A DNA stretch of 64,000 bases. Origin: Candidatus Omnitrophota bacterium (GTDB taxonomy: Bacteria > Omnitrophota > Gorgyraeia > Gygaellales > Profunditerraquicolaceae). Below, in pieces: positions 17,323-26,631 of this stretch (position 1 is its first letter; every line of letters begins with the position of its first letter). The stretch is from positions 74,133 through 138,132 of the forward strand of contig QZKH01000002.1 in the NCBI GenBank assembly GCA_003598025.1, in the 5' to 3' direction. The notes below the pieces were generated by a model, which was given only the letters and a program-made list of their open reading frames with translations, was not told the DNA's origin and did no database searches. The translations under genes and the position numbers were made by a program.

Positions 17323-18695
17323 AATATATAAGTTTGTGGATAGCTTTGAGTTTCTGCCTTGGATTGGGCCTTGCTTTTAAGGTAAATCTTGGGCTTATCC
17401 AGTTTTATATTCCGGTTATTATATTATTTGGGTTTTGTTTCTGGTGTATAAATCACGATAGGATTTTTCTGTTAATCATTTTTTTCTTATTTATTTCACT
17501 AGGGGCCTTCGCTTTAGCGGCAGAGCATTTAAGGCCGGATGATGATGCAGCTAATTTTATCAGCCCAAGTTCCAGGGAAATAATTTTAGAGGGTGTTGTT
17601 GCCAGCCAGCCGACAGTATATCCGGGGAAGGTTTCATTTTTCTTTAACGTATACAGCATGAATGTTGATGGATACAGGTGCAAATGCAGCGGGAAATTCC
17701 TGGCGTATATGCAGCAAAAACCGGTTTCCTTTGGAGACAGGCTTTTAGTAGAGGCGCGCCTAATGGATAACCCGGATAGCCGCAAAAAAAGGTTATCAAA
17801 AATTTTTATCATTAAAAGCTGCCCGGCGCAGGAAAAAGCTGCCAGGGGTGTGTTTAATTTTATTTGGTTATCCAAGCTGAGAAGCAAGATAAGCCTGATT
17901 ATCAACTCCAGGCTTTCTCCGGTATCGTCGGCACTGGTAAATGCAATGCTGCTGGGGTTAAAAGATGATTTACCGCTGCAGCTTAAGAAAATGTTTATAA
18001 ACACCGGTACCGGGCACATAATTTCCATTTCAGGCCTGCATTTAAGTGTCATAGTGTTCGTCAGCCTGATATTCCTGAAGTTATTGAGATTGCCTTACGC
18101 ATTGAGGACTTCTTTTTCCGTTATACTATTGATATTTTATTGCCTTTTTGCTGGAGCAAGTAGCCCGCTTATGCGCTCGACAATTATGTTTACGGTTACA
18201 TTATTGGCTTATGTTTTAGAAAGGGAGCCGGATATCTTGAATTGCCTGTCACTGGCCGCTCTAGTAATCCTGGTGCTTTTCCCTTCAGAAATAGCTCAGC
18301 CAAGTTTTCAGTTCACTTTTATAAGTATGCTTGCCATGATAATACTGGTTCCGGCTATCAGATCATTGCCGATATTCGGGTATCTCTTAAAGAATAAATA
18401 CCTTAAATTCCCGGTTTTATTAATTATCTCTTCATTATCTGTTTGGGCAGGGTTGCTGCCGCTAAGCCTGTATTATTTCAAGACCTTTTCTTTAATCGCG
18501 GTTGTGGCAAATGCAATAATCGTACCTTACGCGTCCTTAATTGTTATAAACGGATTAATATTTATAATTTCTGCTCTGTTGTTTAAAGACTTATCATGGG
18601 TCTTCGGCCTTCCCTTGGAACTTATGGTTTTCATTTTGGTAAAAATGATAGCCTTCTTTGACCGTTTCCCGGCAGGCCATTTCCACTTTACTTAG
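17319..18695 (+). CDS. comEC: ComEC/Rec2-family DNA internalisation channel protein (core competence domain only, no beta-lactamase domain)
   Basis: Polytopic membrane protein with the ComEC signature TGTGHIISISGLHLSVIV. ATGA overlap with comEA. Confidence 0.75.
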   Translation: MKYISLWIALSFCLGLGLAFKVNLGLIQFYIPVIILFGFCFWCINHDRIFLLIIFFLFISLGAFALAAEHLRPDDDAANFISPSSREIILEGVVASQPTVYPGKVSFFFNVYSMNVDGYRCKCSGKFLAYMQQKPVSFGDRLLVEARLMDNPDSRKKRLSKIFIIKSCPAQEKAARGVFNFIWLSKLRSKISLIINSRLSPVSSALVNAMLLGLKDDLPLQLKKMFINTGTGHIISISGLHLSVIVFVSLIFLKLLRLPYALRTSFSVILLIFYCLFAGASSPLMRSTIMFTVTLLAYVLEREPDILNCLSLAALVILVLFPSEIAQPSFQFTFISMLAMIILVPAIRSLPIFGYLLKNKYLKFPVLLIISSLSVWAGLLPLSLYYFKTFSLIAVVANAIIVPYASLIVINGLIFIISALLFKDLSWVFGLPLELMVFILVKMIAFFDRFPAGHFHFT

Positions 18696-18703
18696 CCTGC
18701 TAT

Positions 18704-18731
18704 CCGTAACTATGAACTATGGACCATGAAC
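18704..18731. repeat. Heptad array (TATGAAC-like)x4 upstream of the BamD-like gene promoter
   Basis: ccgtaac tatgaac tatggac catgaac. Ends 24 nt before TTGACA (18756-18761). Confidence 0.75.
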
Positions 18732-18792
18732 AAACCTACTTTGCCTACTTAGCAATTGACAAACATTCTGCTCTATGTTACTTTAATTTAAT

Positions 18793-19743
18793 ATGAAAAA
18801 GGCTTTTTTCTTTATTATAACCATTTCTGTTCTTGCTGTTTTCTTACCGCAGGATGCAGGCGCTTATTGGATTTGGACCCCCAAAACCGGTAAATGGGTC
18901 AATCCAAAGAACCAGGTCAAGGGCACGCCGCAAGAGCAGTTCAAACTTGCTAAAGACCTATATGATTCAGGGCAGTTAGCCGAGGCAGACAGGGAGTTTA
19001 AAAAGCTTATAAAAAGATACCCTAAAGCTTTTGAGGCTTCAGAAAGCCAGTATTACCTGGGTTTAATAGAAGAAAAACAGGGGAATCTTTACGAAGCCTT
19101 CACCGCCTACCAAAAGGTCATTGATAAGTACCCTTTTTCTGAAAGGATACAGGAGATAATTGAGAAGGAATATAAGATAGGCGAAGAGTTTATGTCAGGG
19201 TACAAGCGTAAAGGGCTTGGTGCCACTTTTGCGGTTGAAAACCCGGCAATAGAGATTTTTACAAAAGTAGTTGAAAACTCTACATACGGGCCGTTGGCAG
19301 CCAAAGCGCAATATAAACTGGGTTTGGTGCTTAAAGGGCTTATGCGTTATTATGATGCCGAGGAAGCATTTGATAAAGTCATTAATAATTACCCTGACAG
19401 CGAATGGGTCGAGGCCGCCAAATTCCAGATTGCAGAATGCCGGGCAAGCCTTTCCCGCGGGCCGGACTATGATTTAGGGGCTGCCAAGGATGCCAAGGAC
19501 AGGTTTGAAGACTTTTTAATGGAGCATCCCGATGCGGAATTATCCAGGGAAGCTGAAAAGAATATCCAGGAGCTTAACGAAAAAGAGGCAGAAAGTAGTT
19601 ATAATATAGCTTTCTTTTATGAGAAGCAGAGGGACTTTAAGCCAGCCATGATTTATTATCAGGATATAATTGAAAAATACCCAAATAGTATTTGGGCGGC
19701 AAAGGCTTTAGAGAGAATGAGGGTATTGGAAAGGAAGAAATGA
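18793..19743 (+). CDS. TPR-repeat protein, BamD/YfiO-like (outer-membrane assembly factor-like), with a Sec signal peptide
   Basis: Multiple TPR-like helices with recurring ...YPxS... motifs (KRYPKAF, DKYPFSE, NNYPDSEW, EKYPNSIW), as in BamD. Has a signal peptide but no lipobox Cys. Confidence 0.5.
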   Translation: MKKAFFFIITISVLAVFLPQDAGAYWIWTPKTGKWVNPKNQVKGTPQEQFKLAKDLYDSGQLAEADREFKKLIKRYPKAFEASESQYYLGLIEEKQGNLYEAFTAYQKVIDKYPFSERIQEIIEKEYKIGEEFMSGYKRKGLGATFAVENPAIEIFTKVVENSTYGPLAAKAQYKLGLVLKGLMRYYDAEEAFDKVINNYPDSEWVEAAKFQIAECRASLSRGPDYDLGAAKDAKDRFEDFLMEHPDAELSREAEKNIQELNEKEAESSYNIAFFYEKQRDFKPAMIYYQDIIEKYPNSIWAAKALERMRVLERKK

Positions 19744-20321
19744 TAGGTCGCAGAAGACACACTATAAATTATGGCTTATTCATTAAATTTGCAATTTTTT
19801 CAACCATGCTATTCATGACCTTGGCGCTTACCGGATGCGGGTATACAACCCGGTCCATGATTTCGAATAAATACCGTACTATATATATTGCGCCTTTTCT
19901 CAATAAAATAGACATAACCAGGGATACCGATACCGCCAATAAATATAAATTATACAGGCCAAAACTTGAGACAGACGTAACCAGAAAGGTCGTCGATAAG
20001 TATTTGTTTGACGGTAACTTGCGCCCGGTGAATTCCGAAACTGCCGATCTCATTCTAAAGGGTGAGGTGGTTGATTTTCGCAAGGACCCTTTGCGTTACA
20101 CAGAAAGCGATGAAGTCAAGGAATACAGGGTAAGCATAAGCGTAAATATCACCTTGTGGGACCAGAAAGAACAGAAGATGCTTTGGCAGGAAGGAAATTT
20201 TACCGGAGATAATACTTATTTTACCCAGGGCGCACTCAGCAAATCGGAAGCCACGGCTGTAAATGATGCCATTAATGATTTAGCCCGCAGGATAGTCGAG
20301 CGTACAGTTGAGCAATGGTAA
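19740..20321 (+). CDS. lptE: LptE-like lipoprotein (LPS assembly)
   Basis: Lipobox LTGC followed by GYTTRS (cf. LptE CGFHLRG). Sits in the conserved leuS...lptE-holA neighbourhood. Start set to 19740, an ATGA overlap with the upstream stop. Confidence 0.5.
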   Translation: MIGRRRHTINYGLFIKFAIFSTMLFMTLALTGCGYTTRSMISNKYRTIYIAPFLNKIDITRDTDTANKYKLYRPKLETDVTRKVVDKYLFDGNLRPVNSETADLILKGEVVDFRKDPLRYTESDEVKEYRVSISVNITLWDQKEQKMLWQEGNFTGDNTYFTQGALSKSEATAVNDAINDLARRIVERTVEQW

Positions 20322-20983
20322 GAATTGATAACGGGATTTATGTTTTTATAGGAGAAGATCCTTTCTCAAAGGATGCGCAGCTAGGCAGGATAAAAAAAGA
20401 ATTCTTAAATAAGGAAACAGAACAGTTCAATACCGATACTTTCAGCGCCCGCGAAACCAAACTAGCCAATCTTCAAGAAAAATTATTATTCCTTCCCTTT
20501 AAATCCGATAAAAGGATCGTAGTTATAAGGCATGCCCAGCTTCTGGATAAAAGCATACAGGAGTTCATTATCTCTTATGCATCAAAGCCGCATACAAATA
20601 ACCTGCTTATCCTGGATATAGACCGGTTTGAAGCAAAAGACAAGTTTATCCGTCAGGTCATCACAGGAGCCAAAGTCTTCCGTTTCAGGCAGGAGGATCG
20701 GGTTGACACTTTCAATTTAGTAAGGCAGATAGACTCAAAGCATCCTGGATATGCCTTGCGAACGCTTGGGTTATTGCTGGATAAAGGAGAAAAGCCCGAG
20801 CGTATCCTGGGGGGGTTAAGGTACTCCTGGGAGAATTACCGGGGTCCGCTTAAAGATAGGCGAAGGAAGCTTAAATTGTTGCTTGATTGCGATATAGAAA
20901 TGAAAACGGGCAAATTGAAAGCTCAATTTGCCCTTGAAAAACTGGTTGTTAAGTTATGCGCTTTTGGAGATACGCTGCATTAA
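20315..20983 (+). CDS. holA: DNA polymerase III delta subunit-like protein (short HolA)
   Basis: N-terminal VYVFIGEDPFSKD matches the HolA YLLyGeD motif. The C-terminal LRTLGLLLDKGEKPERIL resembles the HolA C-terminal helices. Gene order lptE-holA-rpsT. Confidence 0.5.
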   Translation: MVRIDNGIYVFIGEDPFSKDAQLGRIKKEFLNKETEQFNTDTFSARETKLANLQEKLLFLPFKSDKRIVVIRHAQLLDKSIQEFIISYASKPHTNNLLILDIDRFEAKDKFIRQVITGAKVFRFRQEDRVDTFNLVRQIDSKHPGYALRTLGLLLDKGEKPERILGGLRYSWENYRGPLKDRRRKLKLLLDCDIEMKTGKLKAQFALEKLVVKLCAFGDTLH

Positions 20984-21217
20984 GCGTGATTTCTTGCGGC
21001 TAGCCATACTTTTATGGATTACATTCTTCTTGGCGGCCTTGTCAAGCTTAGAAAAAACCATGCTGAGAAGTTTCTTCGCTTCCTCAATGTTCTTTGCTGC
21101 TGCCAAAGAATTGAATTTTTTAAGGACTTTCTTTAATTCATTTTTTATCTTTAGGTTTCTCAGGCGCCTTTTGCTGTCTGCGCGTTTTCTTTTGATCGAT
21201 GTTCTGCGTCTAGGCAT
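20954..21217 (-). CDS. rpsT: 30S ribosomal protein S20
   Basis: 87-aa basic protein (KRKRADSKRRLRNLKIKNELKK...ASRKKSRLMQRI) typical of bS20. It is the only minus-strand protein gene in this block. The overlapping + ORF 20928-21239 is its shadow. Confidence 0.85.
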   Translation of the reverse strand: MPRRRTSIKRKRADSKRRLRNLKIKNELKKVLKKFNSLAAAKNIEEAKKLLSMVFSKLDKAAKKNVIHKSMASRKKSRLMQRISKSA

Positions 21218-21269
21218 ATCAAATTCTCCTTTTGAATGATTTTAGTAAATATAACATAATTGAATAGAG

Positions 21270-22865
21270 GTGTCAATATTTAACATGGGGACAGAAAATA
21301 CTCATGATTCAAACAGGCAGATAGCTAAATCAAGCGGGATAATCGGCCTTGCTACACTTTGTTCCCGCCTGCTTGGGTTTATCAGGGATATAGTAATAGC
21401 CAGGCTGTTCGGGGTGTATGTTTATGCCCAGGCTTTTGTAATAGCTTTCAGAATACCGAATCTTTTCAGGGATTTAGTGGCAGAAGGTGCTGCAAATTCT
21501 GCTTTTGTGCCTGTTTTTAGCGAATATAAGGTCAAGCATTCAAAAGAAGATTTTTGGGAGCTTGCGAATGTAGTTTTAAACCTGCTTTTAGTGGTATTAG
21601 CCGGAATAACAGTGTTAGGGATTACTTTCTCTCCGGCTATAGTACGTATTATAGCCCCCGGGTTTATAGCCGAACCGGACAAACTGGAAGCAACAATAAG
21701 GTTAAACAGGCTGATTTTCCCTTATATTTTGCTGGTAGGGTTATCTGCTTATTCGGCAGCTATTCTGAATTCACTCCGGCATTTTTCCGTGCCGGCTTTT
21801 TCGCCCTGCATTTTAAATATCTCCATAATAGTATTTGCTTTAATATTCGGCGAGAATATAAAAGGCCTAGCGCTTGGTGTTCTGATAGGAGGCCTGCTCC
21901 AATTAGCTATACAGATTCCCGTTTTATATAAGAAGGGGTTCCGTCTCAGGTTCCCGAAACATTTTAAGCACCCGGCTGCTTTTGAAATAGGCCATCTTAT
22001 GCTGCCCAGGCTGGGTAGCTCGGCAATATACCAGTTAAATACTTTTATTGATTCCGTATACGGCTCTTTATCTTCAATTGTCGGAGAGGGGGGAGTAGCC
22101 GGGTTATATTTCGGCTACAGGCTTATACAATTCCCTATAGGTATATTCAGTAATTCCCTTGCGCAGGTAATATTGCCTACTTTTTCCACGCAGGCATTGG
22201 AAGAAGGGCTCCTGAATTTAAAGAAAACACTCTCTTGGGGGCTGCGGACGGTATTTTTTATAATGATCCCGGCTTCTGCCGGGTTCATGGTTTTATCACA
22301 GCAAATAGTCTTTACGCTTTTCCAGGGCGGGAAATTTGATGCCTATGCAACAGGCTTAACGGCAAGCGCGCTATTTTATTATAGTATCGGCCTTTTTGCT
22401 TACGCAGGCATAAAAATAATCCAATGTTGTTATTTTGCCTTAAAAGATACCGTAACCCCGGCCAAAGTTTCTATTCTTACTTTAGCCTTAAATATAATAT
22501 TCAATACTATTTTTATGTTCCCTTTGAAATTAGCAGGTTTGGCTTTGGCTACCTCTTTATCCGGTATAATCAGCTTTCTGGTGCTGGGAATTATGTTGAG
22601 AAAGAAACTCGGAGGTTTCGGCCTTAAAGAAGTTGTTTTTTCTTTCACAAAGATTTTGCTGGCCAGCATTGCCATGAGCATGGCGCTGTTTTATTGTTCT
22701 AGATATTCATCTTTTGACGGGGCGATGCCGTTAAAATTGTTAAAGATATCGGGGATAGTGTTGATAGGAGCTGTTTTTTATTTGATTTTTTGTTTTTTAT
22801 TCCGCGTAAAAGAGGCGCGGGATTTTTTCAGATGGGTTTTTGAACTCAAAAACAGGCATGGTTAA
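21270..22865 (+). CDS. murJ: Lipid II flippase MurJ (MviN)
   Basis: N-terminus IGLATLCSRLLGFIRDIVIARLFG matches the MurJ signature (SRVLGFARDAIVARIFG). 14-TM MOP-family architecture, 531 aa. Confidence 0.85.
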   Translation: MSIFNMGTENTHDSNRQIAKSSGIIGLATLCSRLLGFIRDIVIARLFGVYVYAQAFVIAFRIPNLFRDLVAEGAANSAFVPVFSEYKVKHSKEDFWELANVVLNLLLVVLAGITVLGITFSPAIVRIIAPGFIAEPDKLEATIRLNRLIFPYILLVGLSAYSAAILNSLRHFSVPAFSPCILNISIIVFALIFGENIKGLALGVLIGGLLQLAIQIPVLYKKGFRLRFPKHFKHPAAFEIGHLMLPRLGSSAIYQLNTFIDSVYGSLSSIVGEGGVAGLYFGYRLIQFPIGIFSNSLAQVILPTFSTQALEEGLLNLKKTLSWGLRTVFFIMIPASAGFMVLSQQIVFTLFQGGKFDAYATGLTASALFYYSIGLFAYAGIKIIQCCYFALKDTVTPAKVSILTLALNIIFNTIFMFPLKLAGLALATSLSGIISFLVLGIMLRKKLGGFGLKEVVFSFTKILLASIAMSMALFYCSRYSSFDGAMPLKLLKISGIVLIGAVFYLIFCFLFRVKEARDFFRWVFELKNRHG

Positions 22866-24108
22866 CAAAAAAGAGCTAAGAGAGAAGATAAATGTATTCC
22901 CGGATACACCCGGGGTATATATCTTTAAAGATAGCCTGGGAAACGTATTGTATGTGGGCAAAGCCAAAGCGCTTAAAAAGCGCGTATCTTCTTATTTGCG
23001 TAAGAATATATCCGGCAAAACCCAGGCAATGATGCTTAAAGTCTGTGATGCCGAATATATAGGAGTAAATACAGAAAGCCAGGCAGAGATCCTGGAAGCG
23101 TCTCTTATAAAGGATAAGCAGCCCCCTTATAATATCAGCCAGAAAGATGACAAAAGTTTTCCGCGTATAAAGATAACCAATGAGGATTTTCCGGTTATCT
23201 CTATTTGCCGGAAGAAAACCATAGATAAAAATGATAATGCCGTATATTTTGGGCCTTACACTGATGCCGCATTCCTCAAGCAGGCGCTTAAATTAATACG
23301 TAAAATATTCGGTTTCCGTTCCTGCAAGAATATGCCTCATAAAATGTGCTTGTATGGAAGGATAAAGTTGTGCCCTGCGCCTTGCCAGGGCCGGATACCC
23401 AAACAGCAGTACAATGAGTTGATAGAACAGATAAAATTGTTTTTGAATTCTAAATACCAGGATTTATCTAACAGGCTTAGGCTTAAGATGCAGGAGGCGG
23501 CGGATTCTCATAATTATGAGGAGGCTGCTCATGTCCGCGATCAAATAGGGGCTTTGGCGGCTATCTCTAACTCGGATATACAGGATTTTACTTTAGATAA
23601 TCTGGTTGAACTTAAGAGGGCGTTGGGCCTTAAGAAGACGCCTTACAGGATTGAAGCTTTTGATATCTCCAATATTTCCGGTAAAGAGGCATGCGGCTCG
23701 ATGGTAAGTTTTTATAAAGGATCGCCTGATAAAAACAATTACCGCAGGTTCCGTATAAAGACTATAGATGCAATCGATGATTATGCCATGATAAAAGAAG
23801 TGGTAAGAAGGCGTTATGGGAGGCTTCTTAATAATAGCTTGCCTTTACCGGATTTGATCATTATTGACGGAGGCAAGGGGCATCTTCAGGCTGTTTACGA
23901 AGAGCTGGGTAAGCTCGCTGCACCTATTCCTTTAGCCAGTATCGCTAAAGCCGAAGAGAATATTTATGTCATGGAGAGTAAAGGCCCTGTAAGGTTGTCT
24001 AAAGACTCTGCCGCATTGAATATAGTGCGCAGGATACGCGATGAAGCGCATCGTTTTGCCCTCGCTTATCACCATATCCTGAGAAGAAAAAAAATAATCG
24101 GTAAATGA
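22858..24108 (+). CDS. UvrC-like excinuclease homolog lacking the C-terminal HhH domain (GIY-YIG + UvrC EndoV-like nuclease domain)
   Basis: GIY-YIG motif PGVYIFKD...VLYVGKAKALKKRVSSY. The C-terminal RIEAFDISNISGKEACGSMVSFYKGSPDKNNYRRFRIK matches the UvrC second-nuclease domain. It stops at 417 aa, before the (HhH)2 region. Start set to 22858 (ATGGTTAA overlap with the murJ stop). Confidence 0.65.
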   Translation: MVNKKELREKINVFPDTPGVYIFKDSLGNVLYVGKAKALKKRVSSYLRKNISGKTQAMMLKVCDAEYIGVNTESQAEILEASLIKDKQPPYNISQKDDKSFPRIKITNEDFPVISICRKKTIDKNDNAVYFGPYTDAAFLKQALKLIRKIFGFRSCKNMPHKMCLYGRIKLCPAPCQGRIPKQQYNELIEQIKLFLNSKYQDLSNRLRLKMQEAADSHNYEEAAHVRDQIGALAAISNSDIQDFTLDNLVELKRALGLKKTPYRIEAFDISNISGKEACGSMVSFYKGSPDKNNYRRFRIKTIDAIDDYAMIKEVVRRRYGRLLNNSLPLPDLIIIDGGKGHLQAVYEELGKLAAPIPLASIAKAEENIYVMESKGPVRLSKDSAALNIVRRIRDEAHRFALAYHHILRRKKIIGK

Positions 24109-24377
24109 TCAGCCCTTTTGCCAGAAAAGTTTATAAAGTAGTTTTGAGTATACCATTAGGCCAGGTGCGCACTTATAAATGGGTGGCCCGCGCCTCCGGC
24201 AGGCCTAAAGCATACAGGGCAGTAGGTTCAATCCTTAGAAAAAATCCCTATCCTTTAATAATACCATGCCATAGGGTAGTGAGTTCCGGCAAGGACATAG
24301 GCGGATATGCTTACGGCAAGAAGAATAAGGGGATACTGTTAAAACTGGAAAGACAAATAAGCAAATTAGTGCTATAA
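24105..24377 (+). CDS. MGMT-family O6-alkylguanine-DNA alkyltransferase C-terminal-domain protein (stand-alone 90 aa)
   Basis: IPCHRVV active-site motif within a winged-helix DNA-binding domain. No N-terminal domain. ATGA overlap with the UvrC-like gene. Confidence 0.7.
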   Translation: MISPFARKVYKVVLSIPLGQVRTYKWVARASGRPKAYRAVGSILRKNPYPLIIPCHRVVSSGKDIGGYAYGKKNKGILLKLERQISKLVL

Positions 24378-24416
24378 TAAACCACTATTAATATTGAATT
24401 TTTTGGGAGGTGTTAC

Positions 24417-25490
24417 ATGCTGATAAAAGATTTTATAAAAGAGATGGTCGATAAAAAAGCATCTGATTTATTTTTCCGTGCCGGAGGCGTGCCGCACCTG
24501 CGCATAGACGGCAAGGTCATGCCTGTAGGAGACAAGGTATTAAGCCTTGAACAGGTCTTAAAAGCAGTGGATGATATTACTACTCCGAAACAGCGGGAGG
24601 CTTTCAGGCAGAAATTAGATATCGATTTTGCCCTTTACAGCGATGAGATGTCCAGGCGTTTCCGCGTAAGTATTTTTTTGCAGAGGAATTGGCCTTCGAT
24701 TGTAATAAGGAATATTAACAATACGGTATCTAATTTTGAGGAGTTGTTCCTGCCTGCGGATATACTTAAGAAGCTTTGTTCGGAAAGCAGAGGGCTCGTG
24801 CTTTTGACCGGAAGTGCCGGAAGCGGTAAATCCACGACCATAGCAAGCATGATAGAGTATATAAACAGCAACACAAACAGGCATGTCCTTACCGTAGAAG
24901 AGCCGATAGAATATACATTTAAAGACAACCAGTCAATTGTAAACCAAAGAGAGCTTGGCCAGGATGTAAGCTCATATGCGGTAGCGCTGCGTTCTTTCAA
25001 TCTGCAGAGCCCAGATGTGATTTTTATCGGCAATATCATGGATGTCGAGACTATGGCAGCTGCCCTTAGGGCAGCAGAGACCGGGGTCCTGGTTTTAAGT
25101 ACCCTGCATACGGTAAATGCCGCGCAGACTGTGGAAAGAATAATCAATTTCTTTCCGCCGCATCAACACCAGCAGATAAGGATACAGCTTTCCTATTTGT
25201 TAAAAGGAGTTATTTCATTAAGGCTGCTCCCGCTTAATAACCAAGCCGGGCGAATACCGGCTTACGAAGTCATGCTTTTGACTCCGACGATAAGCAGGCT
25301 TATCAGGGAAGCCAAGACCTGGGAGATACCCCAGTTTATAGAAGAAGGCAATATTTTCGGGATGTCTTCTTTTAACCAAAATTTGGTCAGGTTGGTCAGA
25401 GAGGGCAAGATCACCGAAGAAAATGCCAAACGTTTCTCTGATAATGAAGAGGAGCTGGTGCTTTCTTTAAGGGGCATCAGGAAGACTTAA
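24417..25490 (+). CDS. pilT: Type IV pilus retraction ATPase PilT (PilT/PilU family)
   Basis: Walker A LLTGSAGSGKSTT, 357 aa, PilT-type N-terminus (ASDLFF..G.P...R..G). Confidence 0.85.
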   Translation: MLIKDFIKEMVDKKASDLFFRAGGVPHLRIDGKVMPVGDKVLSLEQVLKAVDDITTPKQREAFRQKLDIDFALYSDEMSRRFRVSIFLQRNWPSIVIRNINNTVSNFEELFLPADILKKLCSESRGLVLLTGSAGSGKSTTIASMIEYINSNTNRHVLTVEEPIEYTFKDNQSIVNQRELGQDVSSYAVALRSFNLQSPDVIFIGNIMDVETMAAALRAAETGVLVLSTLHTVNAAQTVERIINFFPPHQHQQIRIQLSYLLKGVISLRLLPLNNQAGRIPAYEVMLLTPTISRLIREAKTWEIPQFIEEGNIFGMSSFNQNLVRLVREGKITEENAKRFSDNEEELVLSLRGIRKT

Positions 25491-25518
25491 TGAAAGTCAA
25501 AAAGTATAAGGAGTAATA

Positions 25519-26629
25519 ATGTTAGACGAGTTAAAAGCAAGCCTGGCACAGATAGAAATAAAACTTCAGCAACTAAGAGGTTATCTTTGACATAGATAAT
25601 AAGAAGCAGGAAATAGATGCTTTATCTAACCAGATGTCTTCAGCAAGCTTTTGGGATGACAGCATACAATCGGCAAAGACAGTCAAGCAGTTAAAGTTTT
25701 TAAAAGGCATAGTAGAGCCCTGGCAGGCTTCTTATAATAAATTCATAGAGATCAGGGAAATGGCCGGGATAGTTAGCAGCCAGGATAGTTCTTTTTTAAG
25801 CGAATTATCCGGAGAGACTGTCAAGCTTTCTGCGGAATTGGAAAGATTGGAGTTTAAGACACTCCTGGGCGAAGAGTTTGATAAAAATAACGCCATCCTC
25901 AGCATCAATTCAGGGGCAGGCGGCACTGAGTCGTGCGATTGGGCTTCTATGCTTATGAGGATGTATATCCGTTTTGCTGAGAAGCAGGGATATAGCGCTA
26001 AAGTAATGGATGTCCTTCCCGGAGACGAAGCCGGTATAAAAAACGTAACTGTGCTAATGACCGGTGATTACGCTTACGGTTATCTTAAGGCTGAACGAGG
26101 GGTTCACAGGCTGGTGCGTATATCTCCATTCGATGCCAACAAGCGCAGGCATACCTCTTTTGCGTCAGTAGATGTAATTCCTGAGGTAGATGAAGAGATT
26201 GATTTAAAAGTCAGCGAAAGTGATTTACGCATAGATGTATACCGTTCAAAAGGAGCAGGCGGCCAAAGCGTAAATACGACAGATTCGGCGGTGCGTATCA
26301 CCCATGTGCCTACAGGCATAGTCGCCCAGTGCCAGAACGAAAGGTCCCAGCATCAGAACAAACAGATGGCCATGAAGATACTGAAAGCCAGGCTTTATGA
26401 ATACGAGAAATCAAAAAAAGAGCAGGAATTATCCAAGTATTATGATTCTGACAAAAAGAAAATAGAATGGGGAAGCCAAATACGTTCTTATGTCATGCAT
26501 CCTTATAATATGGTCAAGGACCATCGCACAGACTATGAGACAGGAGATGTCTCTAGTGTTATGGACGGAGAATTAGAAAAGTTCATAGAGGCATATTTAA
26601 GAAAAAAAAGAAGCAATGGCAATATATAA
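25519..26629 (+). CDS. prfB: Peptide chain release factor 2, produced by a programmed +1 ribosomal frameshift (frame 0: 25519-25587; +1 frame: 25589-26629)
   Basis: The frame-0 ATG at 25519 (RBS TAAGGAG) runs 23 codons to the canonical shift site AGAGG-TAT-CTT-TGA-C (25576-25591). The +1 frame continues into a full RF2 body ([42 protein letters not shown]). The ORF track shows only the downstream part, from 25634. Confidence 0.9.
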
Positions 26630-26631
26630 AA

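Noticed and set aside
17453-18052. 199-aa minus-strand ORF inside comEC. Similar long antisense ORFs occur at 36553-37167, 49520-50107 and 55254-55865.
   Set aside because: Each lies wholly inside a well-supported + strand gene (comEC, lpxL-like, permease, cusA). They lack RBSs and have no recognisable motifs. They are antisense shadow ORFs typical of low-GC DNA.
20928-21239. 103-aa + strand ORF
   Set aside because: It is the mirror ORF of rpsT (bS20), which has a clear ribosomal-protein sequence on the minus strand. The + ORF is low complexity and has no RBS.
24417-25490. The PilT-like ATPase as a possible conjugative VirB11/secretion ATPase marking a mobile element
   Set aside because: The length (357 aa) and N-terminal motif fit the PilT/PilU retraction ATPases. 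There are no relaxase, coupling protein, integrase or other mobile-element genes in the window.
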